DNA from: a virus
Strand: one strand, 5' to 3'
Virus record (IMG/VR): IMGVR_UViG_3300045988_113246
Length of the DNA stretch: 48,367 bases
The notes under the pieces are model-generated. The model made no database searches. It had not been told where the DNA came from and worked only from the letters and a program-made list of their open reading frames with translations. Shown piece by piece: positions 44,505-48,367 of this stretch. The position numbers were made by a program, and so were the translations under genes. The first letter of the stretch is position 1, and each line of letters starts with the position of its first letter.

Positions 44505-44864
44505 ATGAACGATAACAACAATAACAGACCAAACCAGCAGGAGGACGACGGAAGCCTCTCCTTTTTGGCAATACCGCAGGACGAAGGAAACAAGCACTTC
44601 AACTGCCGGGAAACAACACAGCAGAAACTAATAAACCTTACGTTTTGGGTTTGCGACTATATCGAAGGAGTAAAAACCAAGTTCGGCGCGGAACGCTTTT
44701 TAGTAAAGATTAAGCGCAACCGCGACGACAAGGACGCGGATGCCGAAAAGTTCTTTACCAATTCAACGGAAATAAAGTACGTTCTTAAAGAGATTAAGAA
44801 GCGCAACGCATTTCCGCGCAGAGTAACCATGAGGGCAAGCGGCACACGCTACTACTTTGAATAA
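44505..44864 (+). CDS. DGR accessory ORF in the Avd position (not recognisably Avd-like)
   Basis: 119 aa from MNDNNNNRPNQQ. It sits between VR1 and TR. The sequence (..FWVCDYIEGVKTKFGAERFLVKIK..RRVTMRASGTRYYFE) does not read as a four-helix bundle. Confidence 0.55.
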   Translation: MNDNNNNRPNQQEDDGSLSFLAIPQDEGNKHFNCRETTQQKLINLTFWVCDYIEGVKTKFGAERFLVKIKRNRDDKDADAEKFFTNSTEIKYVLKEIKKRNAFPRRVTMRASGTRYYFE

Positions 44865-44888
44865 AATATAAAGGTTGTTTGTCCTTTG

Positions 44889-45000
44889 GGTGTCCTGTTC
44901 GGTGGTAACGCGAATAACAGCGCGAATGCCGGGCTTTCGTACGCGAATACGAATAACGCGGCTACGAATACGAATGCGAACATCGGCTCTCAGCTATTCT
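44889..45000 (+). repeat. DGR template repeat (TR)
   Basis: Non-coding copy of VR1/VR2. Read in the VR frame it contains 10 AAY codons (GVLFGGNANNSANAGLSYANTNNAATNTNANIGSQLF). Confidence 0.85.
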
Positions 45001-45124
45001 GATAACATTTAGCAAAACAATACAAGGGCAAAGACCACGCCAACCAAAAGGCGAAAAACAGTAAACATTAACGGGATTTGGTAGGGCTACCGAAGAACCC
45101 CACTTAATCAGCAAAGCAACAACT

Positions 45125-46159
45125 ATGAAAAGGTTAGGCAACCTATACGACAAAATAATAAGCATGGATAATTTGCGACTTGCGGACGAACGCGCCCGTA
45201 AGGGCAAAACCCATTCTTACGGCGTGAGGGTACACGACAAGCACGCCGAAGCCGACCTTTTGGCTTTGCACGAAGCATTGAAAGCAGGAACTTACAAGAC
45301 TTCGGAATATAGTATTTTCACGATATACGAACCAAAGGAACGTATTATTTACCGCCTTCCATACTTTCCCGACCGCATCGTACACCACGCGATAATGAAC
45401 ATTTTGGAGCCTGTATGGGTGTCAGTATTCACGGCAGACACTTATAGCTGCATAAAAGGGCGAGGAATACAGGCGGCAGCGGATAAGGTACGGAAGGCGA
45501 TAGACCGGGACAAGCCCGGCTGCGCGTATTGTCTGAAGATAGACATACGCAAGTTTTACCCTTCAATAGACCACGACGTATTAAAGGCTATTGTTCGCCG
45601 GAAGATTAAGGACACACGGCTGCTTAAACTTTTGGACGAGATAATAGACAGCGCGGAGGGCTTGCCGATTGGTAACTACCTAAGCCAATACTTAGCAAAC
45701 CTCGTATTAACTTACTTCGACCATTGGGTAAAGGAGGTTAGACTGGTAAAGTATTACTTCCGATACGCCGACGATATTGTAGTATTGAACAGCAGCAAGA
45801 AGTATTTACGCGAATTGCTTGCCGAGTTTGAAACCTACCTTACGGGCTTGAAGCTGCATGTAAAGGACAATAAGCAGATTTTCCCGGTAGCGAAAGACCA
45901 CAAGGACAGGCACGGGCGCGGTATAGACTTCTTAGGCTTTGTGTTCTACCACAACGAAACACGGCTAAGAAAGCGTATTAAGCAGAACCTTTGCCGGAAG
46001 GTAGCCAAGTTGAGGAAAAGGAACAAGCCGCTAACTAACGAGGAGTTCAAGCAGCGCATCGCGTCATGGTGGGGATGGGCAAAACACAGCGATAGCGAGT
46101 ATTTTATTAACAAGTTAAATTCAAAGATTAAACCGTATGAAATCAAGTTCAAACGTTAG
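45125..46159 (+). CDS. DGR-type reverse transcriptase
   Basis: 344 aa. IGNYLSQ (45668..45688) is the DGR-specific [I/V]GxxxSQ motif. YADD lies at 45764..45775. There is a 124-nt spacer after TR. Confidence 0.9.
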   Translation: MKRLGNLYDKIISMDNLRLADERARKGKTHSYGVRVHDKHAEADLLALHEALKAGTYKTSEYSIFTIYEPKERIIYRLPYFPDRIVHHAIMNILEPVWVSVFTADTYSCIKGRGIQAAADKVRKAIDRDKPGCAYCLKIDIRKFYPSIDHDVLKAIVRRKIKDTRLLKLLDEIIDSAEGLPIGNYLSQYLANLVLTYFDHWVKEVRLVKYYFRYADDIVVLNSSKKYLRELLAEFETYLTGLKLHVKDNKQIFPVAKDHKDRHGRGIDFLGFVFYHNETRLRKRIKQNLCRKVAKLRKRNKPLTNEEFKQRIASWWGWAKHSDSEYFINKLNSKIKPYEIKFKR

Positions 46160-46520
46160 ACCCGACATTATCCAAGATTTGGGTAACGGGTCATTCCACT
46201 ATAACTATAATATTGTGGAAGAGAAGGTAGCAGACGAGGAGGTAGGCGAAAAGACCGTTTACAACTTCGATACGGTGCAAGTGTGGGAGAAGCCGACCTA
46301 CGAAAACCTTACGCGAGCAGTCATCCGTAACGAGGTGGACGAAAACGAGGAGTTCTCACTCATCAACGACTACTACGCCGCGCAGTTGGGGCTGGAAACC
46401 GACAGCGCACGCAAAGCGAAGGCAGTAACGGAGTACAAAGACCATCTTAGCCGCGTGATTGCCATTAAGACGATGGTACGCGCGGACTTGCAGACCGTAG
46501 GGTATAACCAAACAGAGTAA
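46137..46520 (+). CDS. Hypothetical acidic protein
   Basis: 127-aa ORF overlapping the RT stop by 23 nt. Confidence 0.45.
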   Translation: MKSSSNVRPDIIQDLGNGSFHYNYNIVEEKVADEEVGEKTVYNFDTVQVWEKPTYENLTRAVIRNEVDENEEFSLINDYYAAQLGLETDSARKAKAVTEYKDHLSRVIAIKTMVRADLQTVGYNQTE

Positions 46521-46523
46521 GGC

Positions 46524-47129
46524 ATGGAGTATTTACCAGCAATAATTAGCGCGATTGGCACGATCATCGCGGCATGGTTCGCATACAACCAATACACCAA
46601 GAACAAAATAACGGACTTGAAGGTAGAGCAGATGCGGACAGAAAACGAGGTACGGAGAAAGCGACGCGCGGACAATTCGGCGGTAGTTTACGGTGAGTTG
46701 TGGGAAATCCTGCACGACCTTAAAGCCGACCGGGTTTATATTGTGCAGCCGCACCCGTTGGGCAACGAAAGCATGATAAGCATATACTTTGAAAGCAAGC
46801 GTAAGGGCGTGGAGAGCATGAAGCCGCGTATTCAGAACTTGAAGATGGGCGACGTAGCCAAGTTTTGCAGCGACCTAACAAAGAATTTGTTTATGTTCAT
46901 TACCGACATAGACGGGCAAGTTAAGGACAGATGCGCAAAATCTTTGCTTTCGTCCTGCGGTACTTCGCAAGTGATAATAAAGCGACTTAGCGATAATAGC
47001 CACGATTGGGTAGGCTCTATTTTTTGCGAGTTTACCCACGACGCGGAGATTAACGAGCAGGAAGCGCACACCATCCTGCACGAAGCCGCAATGAACATTC
47101 AGTACATATTACCCGAATTTGTAGATTAG
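46524..47129 (+). CDS. Single-pass membrane protein with a cytoplasmic domain (lysis-associated?)
   Basis: 201 aa. N-terminal TM LPAIISAIGTIIAAWFAY. It lies directly upstream of the endolysin. Confidence 0.5.
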   Translation: MEYLPAIISAIGTIIAAWFAYNQYTKNKITDLKVEQMRTENEVRRKRRADNSAVVYGELWEILHDLKADRVYIVQPHPLGNESMISIYFESKRKGVESMKPRIQNLKMGDVAKFCSDLTKNLFMFITDIDGQVKDRCAKSLLSSCGTSQVIIKRLSDNSHDWVGSIFCEFTHDAEINEQEAHTILHEAAMNIQYILPEFVD

Positions 47130-47135
47130 CAGATT

Positions 47136-47714
47136 ATGGCAAACATCAAGATTTTAGCCCCCTTCATACTTGCATGGGAGGGCGGTTTTGCTAACGACCC
47201 GGTAGACCGGGGAGGAGCGACCAACAAGGGCGTAACGCTTGCAACGTGGAAACAAGTAGGCTACGACAAGGACGGTGACGGCGATATAGACGTAGACGAC
47301 CTTAAAAAGATTACCACAGACGATGCGGTAAACGTGGTTATGAAGCCCCACTTTTGGGACAGGTGGAAAGCTGACAAAATTACAAGTCAGTCGGTAGCCA
47401 ACATTCTCGTAGATTGGGTATGGGCTTCCGGCAAGCACGGAATAACCAACGTACAGCGTTTGCTGGGCGTGAAGGCGGACGGGATAGTAGGCGACAAGAC
47501 GATAGCCGCACTTAACGCCAAAGAGCCGCGCCAGCTGTTCGCGGCGATAAAGAAAGCCCGTGTTTCCTTCATTGAGGGCATCATCAGAGCCAACCCGAAG
47601 CAAAAGAAGTTCAGAAACGGCTGGCTTAACCGCCTCGCCTGTATTCAGTACGGCAGCTTGAAATATACCACAAACGGCAAAACGCTAACTACATTTCAAT
47701 TTACGGACGTATGA
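47136..47714 (+). CDS. Endolysin, GH108 lysozyme plus PG_binding_3-like domain
   Basis: [24 protein letters not shown] is the GH108 signature. The C-terminal part carries [12 protein letters not shown]. Confidence 0.85.
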   Translation: MANIKILAPFILAWEGGFANDPVDRGGATNKGVTLATWKQVGYDKDGDGDIDVDDLKKITTDDAVNVVMKPHFWDRWKADKITSQSVANILVDWVWASGKHGITNVQRLLGVKADGIVGDKTIAALNAKEPRQLFAAIKKARVSFIEGIIRANPKQKKFRNGWLNRLACIQYGSLKYTTNGKTLTTFQFTDV

Positions 47715-48277
47715 AAAAGTTATTAGGCTTCGTTCTTGCCTTAATCCTTCTTCTTTGCCTTTTCGGGTGCAGCAGTACCCGAAAGACCATTAAGGAGGAA
47801 ACGAGCGTAACAGCATCGCAGACGGAAAAGAACCACAGCGAGAGCGACAAAACGGCAGCTTCCACGACCAACACTGAAGTAAAGACCAATACTAACGTAG
47901 TGGTAGACTTTACCAAAGTGGAGTACAACGACGGGAGCAGCGACCTGCTGACAGAATACCCGATACCCGAAAAAGTACCCGAAAATTCCAAGGGAAGCAG
48001 CCAGTGCAAGCCGCCCGACAAAAGAAACGGCATAAAGTCCATTACTTCCGGGCGTATTACCATCAACGGAAACAGCAGCGAGAAGCAGGAAACGCAGGCT
48101 AAAACGACCGAAAAAAGCCGTGAGGACAGCAAAAAGAGCGCGGAAAAGGAAGAAACAGACCAAAAGAAGGGGCAGCAAAGCCCGACATTCGGCTATTTTG
48201 CGCCTGTCCGCGCCGTTTTCGTCCTTCTTATTGCTTTTGCCGTTGTTGTGTGGTGGTGGAGGTCAAGAAAAGGGTAA
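47711..48277 (+). CDS. Lipoprotein with a C-terminal TM helix (unimolecular spanin candidate)
   Basis: 188 aa. Lipobox LFGC at the signal peptide end. C-terminal [23 protein letters not shown]. 4-nt overlap with the endolysin stop. Confidence 0.6.
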   Translation: MKKLLGFVLALILLLCLFGCSSTRKTIKEETSVTASQTEKNHSESDKTAASTTNTEVKTNTNVVVDFTKVEYNDGSSDLLTEYPIPEKVPENSKGSSQCKPPDKRNGIKSITSGRITINGNSSEKQETQAKTTEKSREDSKKSAEKEETDQKKGQQSPTFGYFAPVRAVFVLLIAFAVVVWWWRSRKG

Positions 48278-48284
48278 AAAGAAA

Positions 48285-48313
48285 CCCGAAAAAGACCTTT
48301 TCGGGTACTTTTT
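48285..48313 (+). terminator. Rho-independent terminator after the lysis cassette
   Basis: 8-bp stem cccgaaaa / ttttcggg with a 5-nt loop, followed by tacttttt. Confidence 0.55.
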
Positions 48314-48320
48314 CGGGTAC
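48302..48320. repeat. Second copy of CGGGTACTTTTTCGGGTAC
   Basis: Exact copy of 176..194. It overlaps the terminator 3' arm and the start of the terminal overlap. Confidence 0.4.
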
Positions 48321-48367
48321 TTAAATCGTAATACCTTGATAATCAAGATTAAACGCGGAGAGAGAGG
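48313..48367. repeat. Terminal direct repeat, exact copy of 1..55
   Basis: See feature 1..55. Confidence 0.9.

Noticed and set aside
45125-46159. The reverse transcriptase as a retron, group II intron or Abi-type RT
   Set aside because: It sits next to a TR/VR pair with adenine-specific mismatches and carries the DGR-specific IGxxxSQ motif. I saw no msr/msd-like inverted repeats, intron RNA domains, or maturase/endonuclease extensions.
1-48367. tRNA, rRNA or tmRNA genes
   Set aside because: I found no cloverleaf-compatible segments (acceptor/T-arm GGTTCGAATCC-like motifs) by eye in the intergenic regions. A tRNAscan-SE run would be needed to be certain.

Overview
The window is a complete temperate tailed-phage genome. 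The first 55 nt are repeated exactly as the last 55 nt, so it is circularly closed with a unit length of 48,312 bp. The host is probably a Bacteroidota member; this is inferred from TAnnTTTG -7 promoter boxes and a Bacteroides-style tyrosine integrase.

Layout:
- 196-2604, minus strand: lysogeny module (integrase, HTH proteins, CI-like repressor).
- 2784-17923, plus strand: early, replication and recombination block. It holds a LuxR-type regulator, SbcC-like ATPase, RecT-like protein, MBL-fold nuclease, replisome organizer with internal iterons, DnaC-like loader, C5 methyltransferase, SSB, VRR-NUC nuclease, PLD-like protein and a ParB-methyltransferase fusion.
- 17956-23763: packaging and head morphogenesis (TerS, TerL, portal, MuF-like protein with a C-terminal HEFGH domain).
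- 23760-27055: a 3.3-kb accessory island that splits the head module. It holds a two-gene minus-strand cassette, a HigB/HigA-like pair with a frameshifted toxin, a secreted protein, and 1.25 kb of non-coding repeats.
- 27056-42656: head and tail genes.
- 42792-46159: a diversity-generating retroelement (DGR).
- 46524-48277: lysis genes.

Main findings:
1. The DGR template repeat matches two variable regions with adenine-specific mismatches. One is in a tail-fibre-like protein beside the cassette. The second is in a small, signal-less protein in the early gene block.
2. The ORF in the Avd slot does not look like a canonical Avd.
3. An origin-like iteron/AT-rich/GC-rich module lies inside the replisome-organizer gene and is duplicated in the non-coding part of the accessory island.
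4. A tandem 11-mer (GGCGAAGTGTT) lies upstream of three promoters, including the DGR operon promoter.

All protein family calls rest on motif recognition by eye. No database search was possible.
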